Shown: in pieces, positions 1 to 9,952 of the stretch | Layout: every line of letters begins with the position of its first letter | Position numbering within the stretch: position 1 is the first letter of the stretch | Assembly: GCA_020632655.1 (NCBI GenBank) | Contig: JACKFD010000001.1 | Location: 611,492-675,491, forward strand | DNA length: 64,000 bases | Source of the DNA: Spirochaetaceae bacterium | GTDB taxonomy: Bacteria > Myxococcota_A > UBA9160 > UBA4427 | Direction: 5' to 3' | Program-made: the position numbers and the translations under genes | Notes under the pieces: model-generated | What the model saw: the letters and a program-made list of their open reading frames with translations, nothing else | Told to the model about the DNA's origin: nothing | Databases searched by the model: none

Positions 1-1
1 C

Positions 2-748
2 GTCACGGGCCCCACCGGTTCGGGCAAGACGACGACGCTCTACTCCGCCCTCTCCGAGCTCAACAAGACGAGCGAGAACCTCTCGACCGCCGAGGACCCC
101 GTGGAGTTCAACCTCGGAGGCATCAACCAGGTCCAGATGCACGAGGACATCGGACTGAACTTCGCCGCCGCCCTCCGATCCTTCCTGCGTCAGGACCCGG
201 ACATCATCATGGTGGGCGAGATCCGGGACTTCGAGACGGCGGAGATCGCGGTCAAGGCCGCGCTCACGGGTCACATGGTGCTCTCGACGCTGCATACGAA
301 CGATGCGCCGTCGACGATCAACCGTCTGCTCAACATGGGCATCGAGCCCTTCCTGGTCGCCTCTGCCGTCAACTGCATCGTGGCCCAGCGACTCGCTCGC
401 CGGATCTGCTCCGAGTGTGTGGCCGACGATCCCGAGGTCGAGTTCCAGCAGGTCGTCGACGCCGGACTGCGCGAGGAAGAGGCGCGCTCGTTCAAGGCGA
501 AGCGTGGTCAGGGCTGCAGCAACTGCTCGGACACGGGATTCAAGGGCCGCGTCGCGATCTACGAGGTGATGGTGATGACGGACCAGCTCAAGGAGTTCGT
601 GCTGAACGGAGCCTCGAGCGCCGAGGTCAAGCGGGAGGCCATCCGGGGCGGGATGGTCACGCTCCGGCGGAGCGCGCTCAACAAGATGCTCGAGGGCGTC
701 ACGACGATCTCGGAAGTGTTCCGGGTCAGCGCCTCGGATTCGATCTAG
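2..748 (+). CDS. pilB: Type IV pilus assembly ATPase PilB (GspE family), C-terminal part; the 5' end lies outside the window
   Basis: The frame is open from base 2 and begins inside Walker A ([13 protein letters not shown]). It continues with IIMVGEIRD (Walker B/Asp box), LSTLHTND (His box) and the tetracysteine CSEC...CSNC motif typical of GspE/PilB. It is followed directly by pilT and pilC. Confidence 0.9.
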   Translation, partial: VTGPTGSGKTTTLYSALSELNKTSENLSTAEDPVEFNLGGINQVQMHEDIGLNFAAALRSFLRQDPDIIMVGEIRDFETAEIAVKAALTGHMVLSTLHTNDAPSTINRLLNMGIEPFLVASAVNCIVAQRLARRICSECVADDPEVEFQQVVDAGLREEEARSFKAKRGQGCSNCSDTGFKGRVAIYEVMVMTDQLKEFVLNGASSAEVKREAIRGGMVTLRRSALNKMLEGVTTISEVFRVSASDSI

Positions 749-763
749 GAAAGGGTCGACCAC

Positions 764-1873
764 TTGGCCAACATGCATCAGCTCCTGAAGGCGATGATCG
801 AGAAGGGCGCGAGCGACCTTCACATCACGACCGGTTCGCCGCCGCAGCTGCGGATCGACGGCAAGCTGCACCCGCTCAAGATGCCGCCCCTCTCTCCCCA
901 GGAGACGAAGCAGCTCTGCTACTCGGTCCTGACCGACGCGCAGAAGCATCGCTTCGAGGAGACGAACGAGCTCGACCTCTCCTTCAGCGTCCAGAAGCTC
1001 TCGCGCTTCCGCGGCAACGTCTTCGTGCAGCGCGGAAACGTGGCCGGCGCCTTCCGCGCGATCCCCTTCAAGATCCTGTCCTTCGACGAGCTCGGCCTGC
1101 CGCCGGTCGTCCAGGAGCTCGCGCGCAAGCCGCGGGGGCTCATCCTCGTGACCGGCCCGACCGGCTCGGGCAAGTCGACCACCCTCGCCAGCATCATGGA
1201 TCGGATCAACCAGGAGCGGAACGAGCACATCGTCACGATCGAGGATCCGATCGAGTACCTGCACCCCCACAAGGGCTGCATCGTGAACCAACGCGAGATC
1301 GGCTCCGACACGAACTCGTTCAAGGCGGCTCTGAAGTACATCCTCCGCCAGGACCCCGACGTCGTCCTGATCGGCGAGCTTCGGGATCTCGAGACGATCG
1401 AGGCGGCCCTGACGGTCGCCGAGACCGGACATCTGGCCTTCGCGACGCTCCACACGAACTCCGCCGTCCAGACGATCAACCGCATCGTCGACGTCTTCCC
1501 GCCCTATCAGCAGTCGCAGATCCGCCAGCAGCTCTCGTTCGTGCTGGAGGCGGTCATGTGCCAGACGCTCCTGCCGCGGGCGAACGGCCCGGGTCGGGCG
1601 CTCGCCCTCGAGATCATGGTCCCGAACTCGGCGATCCGTGCGCTGATGCGCGACGACAAGATCCACCAGATCTACTCGTCGATGCAGATGGGGCAGGGCA
1701 AGTCGGGCATGCAGACCATGAACCAGAGCCTCGCGCAGCTGGTGACGCGTCGGTTGGTCGACCCGGAGACCGCGAAGGGGCGCAGCCCGGACATCGAGGA
1801 GCTGCAGCAGCTCGTGGCCAAGGGCCCGGACGCCGCGAGTGCCGCCGGCGGCCGTCGCCGCGGTCCTGCCTGA
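764..1873 (+). CDS. pilT: Twitching-motility retraction ATPase PilT
   Basis: The N-terminus MANMHQLLKAMIEKGASDLHITTGSPPQLRIDG is PilT-like. Walker A is GPTGSGKST, and LIGELRD and ATLHTN motifs are present. TTG start with an AGGAAAGG Shine-Dalgarno upstream. Confidence 0.95.
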   Translation: MANMHQLLKAMIEKGASDLHITTGSPPQLRIDGKLHPLKMPPLSPQETKQLCYSVLTDAQKHRFEETNELDLSFSVQKLSRFRGNVFVQRGNVAGAFRAIPFKILSFDELGLPPVVQELARKPRGLILVTGPTGSGKSTTLASIMDRINQERNEHIVTIEDPIEYLHPHKGCIVNQREIGSDTNSFKAALKYILRQDPDVVLIGELRDLETIEAALTVAETGHLAFATLHTNSAVQTINRIVDVFPPYQQSQIRQQLSFVLEAVMCQTLLPRANGPGRALALEIMVPNSAIRALMRDDKIHQIYSSMQMGQGKSGMQTMNQSLAQLVTRRLVDPETAKGRSPDIEELQQLVAKGPDAASAAGGRRRGPA

Positions 1874-1931
1874 ATCGCAGATTGAGCCGGCCCGGGCCGC
1901 CGACCGCGCCTCGGACCAGGGAGAGGGATGG

Positions 1932-3143
1932 ATGCCGATCTACGTCTGGAATGCGAAGTCGCGATCGGGCGACAAGAAGTCGGGAGAGCTCGAGGCATCG
2001 AGTCCCGAGGCGGTGGCGCTGCATCTGAAGAACATGGGCCTCACCCCCGGCAAGGTGAAGGAGAAGCCCAAGGACATCAGCGAGATCTTCCCCTTCCTGG
2101 CGCCGAAGGTGACGATCAAGGATCTCGTCGTCTTCACGCGTCAGTTCGCGGTGATGGTCGACGCCGGTCTTCCCCTCGTTCAGTGCCTCGGCATCCTCGG
2201 GGACCAGCAGGACAATACGACGTTCAAGGGCGTGCTCCGTGCGGTCAAGGCGGACGTCGAGTCGGGCTCGACCTTCGCCGAGGCGCTCGGGCGCCATCCG
2301 AAGGTCTTCGATGATCTCTTCGTGAACCTGATCGCCGCCGGCGAGGTGGGCGGCATCCTCGACACGATCCTGAACCGGCTGGCGGTCCAGCTCGAGAAGC
2401 AGGAGAAGCTCCGCAAGCAGCTCAAGGGGGCGATGGTCTATCCGGCGACGGTCTCCGTCATCGCCGTCGCGTGTATCGTGCTCCTGCTCGTGAAGGTGAT
2501 CCCCGTCTTCGAGCAGATGTTCGTCGACTTCGGCGGCACCCTGCCCGGGCCGACGCAGATGGTGATCGACCTCTCGAAGTGGCTGCAGGCCTACATCATG
2601 TATCTGATGGCCGGTGTGACGGCGGTGGTCGTTTCGTACACGCAGGCGCGGGCACGAAGCACGCAGTTCCGGTACCAGACCGACAAGCTCATGCTGAACC
2701 TGCCCATCTTCGGGAACATCATCAAGAAGGTCGCGGTCGCGCGCTTCACGCGGACCCTCGGCACGATGATCTCGAGTGGCGTGCCGATCCTGGACGGCCT
2801 CGACATCGTGGCGAAGACCGCGGGCAACATGGTGATCGAGGAGGAGCTGCAGCAGACGCGCCAGTCCATCTCCGAGGGCAAGACGATCGCCGAGCCGCTC
2901 CAGGGGTCGAAGATCTTCCCGGGCATGATGGTGCAGATGGTCTCCGTCGGTGAGGAGACGGGCTCGATGGAGGCGATGCTCACGAAGATCGCCGACTTCT
3001 ACGACGACGAGGTGGATACGGCGGTGGCGGGTCTGACGTCGATGCTCGAGCCGATCATGATGGTCTTCATGGGTGGCTCGATCGGTACGATCCTGATCGC
3101 CATGTACCTGCCGATCTTCACGATCGCCGACACGATCAGCTGA
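1932..3143 (+). CDS. pilC: Type IV pilus platform protein PilC (GspF family)
   Basis: Two GspF-type repeats (FTRQFAVMVDAGLPL... and FTRTLGTMISSGVPIL...) and three TM segments. I prefer the ATG at 1932 (MPIYVWNAK...) with GGGAGAGGG upstream. The track ORF starts at 1839 and would overlap the pilT tail. Confidence 0.9.
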   Translation: MPIYVWNAKSRSGDKKSGELEASSPEAVALHLKNMGLTPGKVKEKPKDISEIFPFLAPKVTIKDLVVFTRQFAVMVDAGLPLVQCLGILGDQQDNTTFKGVLRAVKADVESGSTFAEALGRHPKVFDDLFVNLIAAGEVGGILDTILNRLAVQLEKQEKLRKQLKGAMVYPATVSVIAVACIVLLLVKVIPVFEQMFVDFGGTLPGPTQMVIDLSKWLQAYIMYLMAGVTAVVVSYTQARARSTQFRYQTDKLMLNLPIFGNIIKKVAVARFTRTLGTMISSGVPILDGLDIVAKTAGNMVIEEELQQTRQSISEGKTIAEPLQGSKIFPGMMVQMVSVGEETGSMEAMLTKIADFYDDEVDTAVAGLTSMLEPIMMVFMGGSIGTILIAMYLPIFTIADTIS

Positions 3144-3162
3144 TACGAGGTACGGCGCGCAC

Positions 3163-4911
3163 GTGGAGGGGGCCGTCGTGGCGGGGGAGGCCTCGGGCCA
3201 GGAGGACGATGCGCAGGCGCGCACGCGGCTGGGCTGGCTCCTCGCCGCCCGGCTGCTGCTCGCCGGGCTGAGTCTCGGTCTCGCGGTCACGCTCGATCGG
3301 ATCGAGGGGGCGCACGACGACCCCGCGGTCTGGGGCGTCTATTGGACGGTCGCCGCAACCTTCTTCGCCACGATCGTGGGCGCGCTCAGCCTGCCGCGGA
3401 CCTCGAATCCGCATCGCTTCGCCACGATCCAGGTGGCTTGCGACGTGGGCGTCGTGACGGGGCTCGTCTACTTCTCCGGTGCCGGCGAGTCGGTCTTCAC
3501 CTTCCTGTACGCGTTGGTCGTGCTCTACGGGGCGCTCTTCCTGGACCGCACGGGCGTCGTGTTGAGCGCAGCGCTCGCGGCGCTGGGATACGGCTTCGTC
3601 GTGTTCGGAACCGAGCTGGGCTGGCTGCCGGCGACGGGGGTGGAGACGCGGTCGCGGCCGCTGGCCGTGCTCGTCGCCTACTGGGGTTTCCACGCCGGCG
3701 CGCTGCTCATGCTCGGGATGCTCGCCAACACGCTCTCGGCCGAGCTGCGACGGACCGGCGCGGCGCTCGACCGGCGCACCTCGGACCTGCGGCGTCTCCG
3801 GGATCTGCATCTGCGAACCGTCGAGAGCATCGGGAGTGGCCTCCTCACGATCGACGGTGAGGGCTCCATCACCTCGTTCAATCCCGAGGCCGAGCGGATC
3901 ACCGGCATCCCCGCCGCGGAGGCGGAGGGTCGTCGGCTGGTCGAGCTGCTGCCCGGTTCGGCAGAGATCCTGGGTCGCGGCCGGCGGGGCGGAGGGGGTG
4001 AGGCCGCGATCGGTCGCGATCGCATCGCCTACCGCAACCGGAGGGGCGAGGACCTCTTCCTGGGGCTCGCGGCCTCGCGCCTGCGCGGGGACGAGGGTGA
4101 CGAGATGGGCCACGTGGTCATCTTCCAGGACGTGACCGCGGTCGTCTCGATGGAGCAGGAGCTGCGGCAATCCGAGCGACTCGCCGCCGTGGGCGAGATG
4201 GCCGCGCGCATCGCCCACGAGATCCGGAATCCCCTGGCCGCGATCTCGGGCTCCGTGCAGATCCTCCAGACCGGCGAGCTCGAGCAGGACGAGGAGTCCG
4301 AGCGGGCCCGATTGATGCGCATCGTCGTGCGCGAGGTCGACCGGCTCAATCGCCTGATCGGGGACTTCCTCCGCTATTCCCGGCCCGCCCCCCTCAAGCT
4401 CGAGAGCGTACGGCTCGCCGGGCTGATCGAGGAGATCGTCGAGATGGGGCATGCGCCGGCGGCGGAGGGCCTCGAGATCCGACTGGACCTCGATCCGGAC
4501 GTCCGGGTCGAGGCCGACGCGGCGCAGCTGACGGCCGTCGTCTGGAACCTCTGGAACAACGCCATGCAGGCGATGGCGGGGCAGGGGCTGTTGACCGTGC
4601 GGGTCGCTCGCCTCGCGGGGGATCTTCCTCAAGAGCAGGCGCTGGCGGACCGTAACGGACCGGGTGGAGAGGCCTCTGCGCCGCGCTTCACCGCCATGCT
4701 CGAGATCCAGGACTCGGGTCCCGGGATTCCCGAGGACGCGTTGGAGATGATCTTCGAGCCCTTCTTCACGACGAAGCGGGATGGGACGGGACTGGGACTG
4801 GCGACGGTGCAGCGAATCGTGGAGCAACACGGAGGCTCGATCCAGGCCGCGAATGTCGTGGACGGGGGCAGCTGCTTCCGCATCCTGCTGCGTGGGACGG
4901 AGAGCGCCTGA
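3163..4911 (+). CDS. pilS: PilS-like sensor histidine kinase (multi-TM N-terminus, PAS, HisKA, HATPase)
   Basis: Several N-terminal TM helices. H-box AHEIRNPLAAISG, N-box WNLWNNAMQA, G1 DSGPGIP, G2 GTGLGLA. The stop overlaps the pilR start (ATGA-type junction at 4909-4913). Confidence 0.8.
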   Translation: MEGAVVAGEASGQEDDAQARTRLGWLLAARLLLAGLSLGLAVTLDRIEGAHDDPAVWGVYWTVAATFFATIVGALSLPRTSNPHRFATIQVACDVGVVTGLVYFSGAGESVFTFLYALVVLYGALFLDRTGVVLSAALAALGYGFVVFGTELGWLPATGVETRSRPLAVLVAYWGFHAGALLMLGMLANTLSAELRRTGAALDRRTSDLRRLRDLHLRTVESIGSGLLTIDGEGSITSFNPEAERITGIPAAEAEGRRLVELLPGSAEILGRGRRGGGGEAAIGRDRIAYRNRRGEDLFLGLAASRLRGDEGDEMGHVVIFQDVTAVVSMEQELRQSERLAAVGEMAARIAHEIRNPLAAISGSVQILQTGELEQDEESERARLMRIVVREVDRLNRLIGDFLRYSRPAPLKLESVRLAGLIEEIVEMGHAPAAEGLEIRLDLDPDVRVEADAAQLTAVVWNLWNNAMQAMAGQGLLTVRVARLAGDLPQEQALADRNGPGGEASAPRFTAMLEIQDSGPGIPEDALEMIFEPFFTTKRDGTGLGLATVQRIVEQHGGSIQAANVVDGGSCFRILLRGTESA

Positions 4912-6302
4912 TGGCTGCCAAGGACGCTCGCATCCTCGTCGTCGACGACGAGCGGAGCATGCAGGAGTTCCTCGAGATCTTCCTGCGACGCGAGGGCTAC
5001 GGTGTCGTGACGGCCTCCGACGTCGATGCTGCGCTCGCCCATCTCGAGCACGACGACATCGACCTCGTGATCACGGACATGCAGATGCCGGGCAAGACCG
5101 GCCTGGACCTGATCCTCGAGGGCCGAGAGGTGTCTCCCGAGACCGTGATGATCGTCGTGACGGCCTTCGGCACGACCGACAGCGCGATCGCCGCCATGAA
5201 GGAAGGCGCCTACGACTACCTGACGAAGCCCTTCAAGGTCGACGAGCTGCGCATCGTGATCGAGAAGGCGCTCGAGAAGAAGGTCCTCGCGAGGGAGAAC
5301 CGTCGCCTCCGGCAGGAGCTGCGCAGCCAGTCCCGGGATCGCAACATCATCGGGCACAGCCGCGCGATGCAGGAGGTCTACGACCTGATCGCGCAGGTCG
5401 CCGAGACGAAGACGAACGTGCTCGTCTACGGCGAGAGCGGTACGGGCAAGGAGCTGGTGGCCCGTGCCATCCACGACCAGAGCGACCGGCACGACCGTCC
5501 GTTCGTCGCGATCAATTGTGGCGCGATTCCCGAGAACCTCCTCGAGAGCGAGCTCTTCGGTCACGTGAAGGGTGCCTTCACGGGCGCCGTTCAGACGAAG
5601 GAGGGTCTCTTCGAGACGGCATCGGGTGGGACGCTCTTCCTGGACGAGATCGGCGAGATCTCGCTGCCGCTGCAGGTGAAGCTGCTGCGTGCGCTGCAGG
5701 AGAAGACCATCCGTCGCGTGGGCGACACGGTCGATCGGAAGGTCGACGTCCGGATCGTGTCGGCGACGAATCGACGGCTCGAGGACGAGATCGCGGCGGG
5801 TCGCTTCCGCGAGGACGTCTACTACCGGCTGAACGTCATCCAGCTGACGCTCCCGCCCTTGCGTGAACGCCTCGAGGACATCCCGCTGCTGACGCAGCAC
5901 TTCATCCGCCGATTCAACGACGAGCTCGGCAAGAGCGTCGAGGGCATGACGCCCGAGGCTTGCGACCGGCTCGCCCACTACGGGTTTCCGGGGAACGTGC
6001 GCGAGCTCGAGAACCTGATCGAGCGCGCCGTCGCGCTCGCTCGTGGCTCCGTGATCGACTGCGACCTGCTTCCGCCGACGCTGACCGAGGATCGTGCGGG
6101 CCGGGTGGAGCCGAGGATCTCGCAGGATGGCGTGGATCTCGAGCGGATGGTCGCGGACTACGAACGCTCGCTGCTGCTCGAGGCGCTCTCGCTGACCGGA
6201 GGCGTCAAGAAGAAGGCGGCGCGACTGCTCGGCATCACGTTCCGCTCGTTCCGCTATCGGCTCGAGAAGCTCGGCGTGGACGACGGCCGCTCGGACGACT
6301 GA
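4911..6302 (+). CDS. pilR: PilR-like sigma-54-dependent response regulator (REC-AAA+-Fis HTH)
   Basis: REC domain with VVDDE and DLVITDMQMPGKTG. AAA+ Walker A GESGTGKE, an intact GAFTGA motif, GGTLFLDEI, and a C-terminal Fis-type HTH (AARLLGITFRSFRYRL). Confidence 0.87.
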   Translation: MAAKDARILVVDDERSMQEFLEIFLRREGYGVVTASDVDAALAHLEHDDIDLVITDMQMPGKTGLDLILEGREVSPETVMIVVTAFGTTDSAIAAMKEGAYDYLTKPFKVDELRIVIEKALEKKVLARENRRLRQELRSQSRDRNIIGHSRAMQEVYDLIAQVAETKTNVLVYGESGTGKELVARAIHDQSDRHDRPFVAINCGAIPENLLESELFGHVKGAFTGAVQTKEGLFETASGGTLFLDEIGEISLPLQVKLLRALQEKTIRRVGDTVDRKVDVRIVSATNRRLEDEIAAGRFREDVYYRLNVIQLTLPPLRERLEDIPLLTQHFIRRFNDELGKSVEGMTPEACDRLAHYGFPGNVRELENLIERAVALARGSVIDCDLLPPTLTEDRAGRVEPRISQDGVDLERMVADYERSLLLEALSLTGGVKKKAARLLGITFRSFRYRLEKLGVDDGRSDD

Positions 6303-6318
6303 GACGACCTTCGCTCGC

Positions 6319-7710
6319 TCAGTCGCGGATCCCGTATTCCTTCAGCTTGTAGAGCAGGGCACGGTGGCTGATCTCGAGCAGCCGTGCCGCATGCGTGCGG
6401 TTGCCGCCGGTTCGCGCGAGGGCGCGACGGATCAGGCCCGTCTCGAAGCGCCGTCTCGCGCGTCGCAGGCCGAGGTCGGCGTCGTCCGCTCCGACCTCGC
6501 CGTCGGTGGACGGGTGCGCAGCGTGCTCGCCGACGCGCCCGATCGCCCGGGCGACGGCTCCGGCATCGAGGGGACCGTCGGGGCCCGCGATCGAGGCTGC
6601 GCGCTCCACGACGTTCACGAGCTCTCGTAGGTTGCCCGGCCAGTCGTAGGCAACGAGCAGCTCGAGGGCCTCGTCGGAGAGGCTTCTTGCCGGGGCGCTG
6701 CGCGCATTCGTCGCGTGGGAGAGCTGGGCGTAGACGAGCAGGGGGATGTCGTCGCGTCGTGCGCGGAGCGGCGGCACGTCGAGCCGCGCGGCGGCGAGAC
6801 GATCGAGCAGATCCACCTGGATTCCATCGAGGTGCCGCTCTGCTCCGGGGCCATGACGCGTCGAGGCGAGCAGTCGCACGTCGACCGTGCGCGCCTTGTC
6901 CGGCATGTCGCGCGGGCTCGTCGCTGCGTCGGAGAGCACCTCGAGCAGGCGTTGCAGGACGCCGTCGGGCAGCGCCGTGACCTCGTCCAGGAAGAGCGTT
7001 CCGCCCGCGGCGCGTTCGATCAGACCCGCGCGGTGCGGTCCGGGTACGTCACCGCCTGTGCCGTGTGCTGCGGCGAAGAGCTCGTGCTCGAGTCGCGTCG
7101 GGTCCGTCGCGCACGGGACGACTACGAAGGGAGACCGGCGACGCGAGGACTGCGCATGGAGTGCGCGCGCAATCGTCTCCTTGCCGACGCCGGCCTCGCC
7201 GGTGATCAGCACGGGCACGTCGAGTCCGGCGACGCGTTCCAGACGCTCGAGCAGCTCGATCATGCCGTCCGAGGCGGCGACGATCGTCCGCTCCCCGAGG
7301 AGTCGCTCGACGTCGCGATCCGCCAGCGCGAGGCCGTGGAGGAGGTGTCGTCGCGCACGTGCGCGGTCGAGGACGAGCAGCACCTCCTCCGCCAGGAAGG
7401 GCGCGAGCAGGAGTTCGGTGGCGAAGGTCTCCTTGCGGAGGGCCCGCAGGCTCTCCGGGCCTCGGTCGCCCAGCAGGACGACCGAGATCTCGGGCTGCCG
7501 CCGAAGCGCCTGCGGAAGCAGGGGCAGCCCGTCGAGTCCTCGCGCGCCGGGCTCGCAGAAGAGGACGTCGAAGGGGCGGCGGTCGAGCGGGGGCACGGCC
7601 GCGGGACCGGGGAGTGCCTCCACGACCTCGTGCCCCTCGGCCAAGAGGGGGCCGGCCACGCGCCGTCGGACGTCGGGGTCTTCGTGGACGATGAGGATGC
7701 GGTCGGGCAC
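6319..7710 (-). CDS. Atypical bacterial enhancer-binding-protein-like regulator (pseudo-receiver, AAA+ without GAFTGA, Fis HTH)
   Basis: Walker A GEAGVGKE, Walker B GGTLFLDEV, C-terminal HTH AARLLEISHRALLYKLKEYGI. The position of GAFTGA reads HGTGGD. The receiver-like N-terminus has E at the phospho-acceptor position (DVLFCEPG). The GTG start at 7710 (VPDRILIVHEDPD) is my choice; the track ORF extends to 7926 through Arg-rich sequence. Confidence 0.75.
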   Translation of the reverse strand: MPDRILIVHEDPDVRRRVAGPLLAEGHEVVEALPGPAAVPPLDRRPFDVLFCEPGARGLDGLPLLPQALRRQPEISVVLLGDRGPESLRALRKETFATELLLAPFLAEEVLLVLDRARARRHLLHGLALADRDVERLLGERTIVAASDGMIELLERLERVAGLDVPVLITGEAGVGKETIARALHAQSSRRRSPFVVVPCATDPTRLEHELFAAAHGTGGDVPGPHRAGLIERAAGGTLFLDEVTALPDGVLQRLLEVLSDAATSPRDMPDKARTVDVRLLASTRHGPGAERHLDGIQVDLLDRLAAARLDVPPLRARRDDIPLLVYAQLSHATNARSAPARSLSDEALELLVAYDWPGNLRELVNVVERAASIAGPDGPLDAGAVARAIGRVGEHAAHPSTDGEVGADDADLGLRRARRRFETGLIRRALARTGGNRTHAARLLEISHRALLYKLKEYGIRD

Positions 7711-7999
7711 GCGGGGCCTCGAGTGGGGCGCACCCACGATCGGGTGGGGACACCGACGGCTTCGGCCGGATCTCCGGCCTCCTGCGCTCGATCGGTGTGC
7801 GGCGCGCCGGGCTGAAGGGGCATGCGTGCCGCGGAACCCCCTCAAATCGTCCGCCCGATTGCCATGCGACTGCATGCGGATCAGATGTGATCCGCCGCAC
7901 AACGAAGCCGCGTCCGGCCGCCTCAAGTCCCTGAAACAGCGATCCGATACCCCAACGGTCGGACCCGGCCAGAGCGGATCGGGTCACGGAGGACGATCG

Positions 8000-8257
8000 G
8001 TGGCCAGCAATCAGGTTCAGAGGTTTCGAGAGAACCTCATGATGAGCAAGGCGGAGCTCGCGCGGAAGGCGGGGCTCTCGACGTTGACGATCGACCGGGT
8101 CGAGGCCGGCAGACCCTGCCGTCTCGACACCAAGCGGAAGATCCTGCTCGCCCTCGGTCTCAAGGTCTCCGACAAGGATCGGGTATTCGGCTCGACCGAT
8201 ACACCGAGCGACGCGGCCGCCGCCGCTGGTTCGGGCTTCTCGGGCTACCGGCAATAG
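8000..8257 (+). CDS. Small XRE-family helix-turn-helix protein
   Basis: The 3' part of a long spurious track ORF. GTG at 8000 is preceded by GGAGG. The HTH_3-like segment is MSKAELARKAGLSTLTIDRVEAGR. Confidence 0.6.
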   Translation: MASNQVQRFRENLMMSKAELARKAGLSTLTIDRVEAGRPCRLDTKRKILLALGLKVSDKDRVFGSTDTPSDAAAAAGSGFSGYRQ

Positions 8258-8279
8258 GTTCGCGGAGGAAACCGTCGGA

Positions 8280-9359
8280 ATGAAGTTCCATCTACCGGGA
8301 TTCGGCAAGGCCTCGGTCATCGGGCTCGACATCGGATCGAGCTCGATCAAGGTCGTCGAGATCGCACAGAAGAGCAGGGACAAGGGCTTCGACCTGCGCG
8401 GGCTGGGTCGAGCCGCGCTTCCGCCGGAAGCGATCGTCCAGGGCGCGTTCCTCAATTCGAGCGCGATCGTCGACGCGATTCGCGACGCGATCGAGGATGG
8501 CCGCATCAAGGGCAAGGACGTCGCCGCGTCCGTGTCGGGCCACTCGGTCATCGTGAAGCGGGTCTCGCTCCCGCAGATGAGCCGGGAGGAGCTCGAGGAC
8601 CAGATCCAGTGGGAGGCGGAGCAGTACATCCCGTTCGACGTGAACGAGGTGAACCTCGACTTCCAGATCCTGGACGCGAACGAAGACGAGGGACAGATGG
8701 ACGTCCTGCTCGTCGCGGCCAAGAAGGATCTGATCGACGACTACGTGCAGGTCATCACGGAGGCGGGCCTGAATCCCGTGGCGATCGACGTCGCCGGCTT
8801 CGCCGTCCAGAACGCCTACGAGCTGAACTACGACCCCGAGCCGGATGCCGTGACGGCGCTCGTCAACATCGGGGGCCAGGTGGTCAACATCAACGTCATC
8901 CGGAACGGGATCCCCGCCTTCACGCGGGACATCATGACCGGCGGCGCCCAGTACACCGAGGAGATCCAGAAGGCCCTCTCGGTCTCCTTCGACGAGGCGG
9001 AGCGGATCAAGATCGGCAGCTCCGGCGATGATCAGGTCCAGGACGTGATCCCGCAGGAGGTCGATCAGGCGATGCGGAACGTCTCCGAGGCGGTGATCGG
9101 GGAGATCTCCCGGTCGCTCGACTTCTTCATGGCCACCACCACCGATGCGCGGATCAGCAAGGTGCTGCTCTCGGGCGGCGGCTCGAAGATCAGCGGCCTG
9201 GCCGCGGCCTTCAAGGAGCGGACCGGACTCGAGACGGAGGCGATGAACCCGCTGGCCCACATGCTTCCGAGCAAGGGCTTCGATCCACAGCTCCTCGAGG
9301 ATCTCGGACCGCAGCTCGCCGTCGGGATCGGGCTCGCGTCGCGGAGGATCGACCGATGA
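8280..9359 (+). CDS. pilM: Type IV pilus assembly protein PilM (actin-like ATPase fold)
   Basis: The N-terminus VIGLDIGSSSIKVVE and overall length (359 aa) fit PilM. It is followed by pilNOPQ with overlapping or tight junctions. Confidence 0.92.
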   Translation: MKFHLPGFGKASVIGLDIGSSSIKVVEIAQKSRDKGFDLRGLGRAALPPEAIVQGAFLNSSAIVDAIRDAIEDGRIKGKDVAASVSGHSVIVKRVSLPQMSREELEDQIQWEAEQYIPFDVNEVNLDFQILDANEDEGQMDVLLVAAKKDLIDDYVQVITEAGLNPVAIDVAGFAVQNAYELNYDPEPDAVTALVNIGGQVVNINVIRNGIPAFTRDIMTGGAQYTEEIQKALSVSFDEAERIKIGSSGDDQVQDVIPQEVDQAMRNVSEAVIGEISRSLDFFMATTTDARISKVLLSGGGSKISGLAAAFKERTGLETEAMNPLAHMLPSKGFDPQLLEDLGPQLAVGIGLASRRIDR

Positions 9360-9928
9360 TGATGGAAATCAATCTCCTCCCGCATCGCGAGGCGCGCCGC
9401 GCCGCGGATCTCCGGGAGAGCGTGGCCGTCCTGGTGCTGGGCCTGATCCTCGTGGGTGCGGGCATCTTCTTCGCGGACAAGAGCCTCCGCTCGGATCTCT
9501 CGACGACGGAGTCGATGATTGCCCAGCTCGAGGCCGACATCAAAAGGTACGAGCCTCAGCAGAAGCTCGTCGCCAAGTTCAAGCAGCAGAAGCGCAAGCT
9601 CCAGGACAAGCTCGACGTGATCGACAGTCTCGAAGCGGCGCGGACGGGGCCGGTTCGCGTGCTCGACGAGCTCTCCGAGACCGTACCCGAGCGGCTCTGG
9701 CTGACGTCGATGTCCGCGAAGGGCAAGGCCCTCACGCTCGAGGGGCAGAGCCTGGATACGGGCGTGGTCGCCGACTTCCTCCGCGGTCTGAATGCGTCGC
9801 CCTACTTCAAGAACGTGGACCTCGACAAGACCACGGGTGGCGCCGTCGTGAACGGCGTGCGCCTCGTCAACTTCGTGATCCGCGCGGACATGGCGTCGCC
9901 GGTCGAGTCGAAGGAAGCCTCTTCGTAG
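9356..9928 (+). CDS. pilN: Type IV pilus assembly protein PilN
   Basis: The INLLPHRE N-terminal motif, a single TM, then a coiled-coil and ferredoxin-like part. The start overlaps the pilM stop. Confidence 0.85.
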   Translation: MMMEINLLPHREARRAADLRESVAVLVLGLILVGAGIFFADKSLRSDLSTTESMIAQLEADIKRYEPQQKLVAKFKQQKRKLQDKLDVIDSLEAARTGPVRVLDELSETVPERLWLTSMSAKGKALTLEGQSLDTGVVADFLRGLNASPYFKNVDLDKTTGGAVVNGVRLVNFVIRADMASPVESKEASS

Positions 9929-9952
9929 GCCGCCGTTTAAGGGAGAATCACC

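Noticed and set aside
1614-3290. 558-aa ORF antisense to pilT/pilC
   Set aside because: It is an Arg/His-rich artefact. pilT and pilC on the plus strand have unambiguous family motifs.
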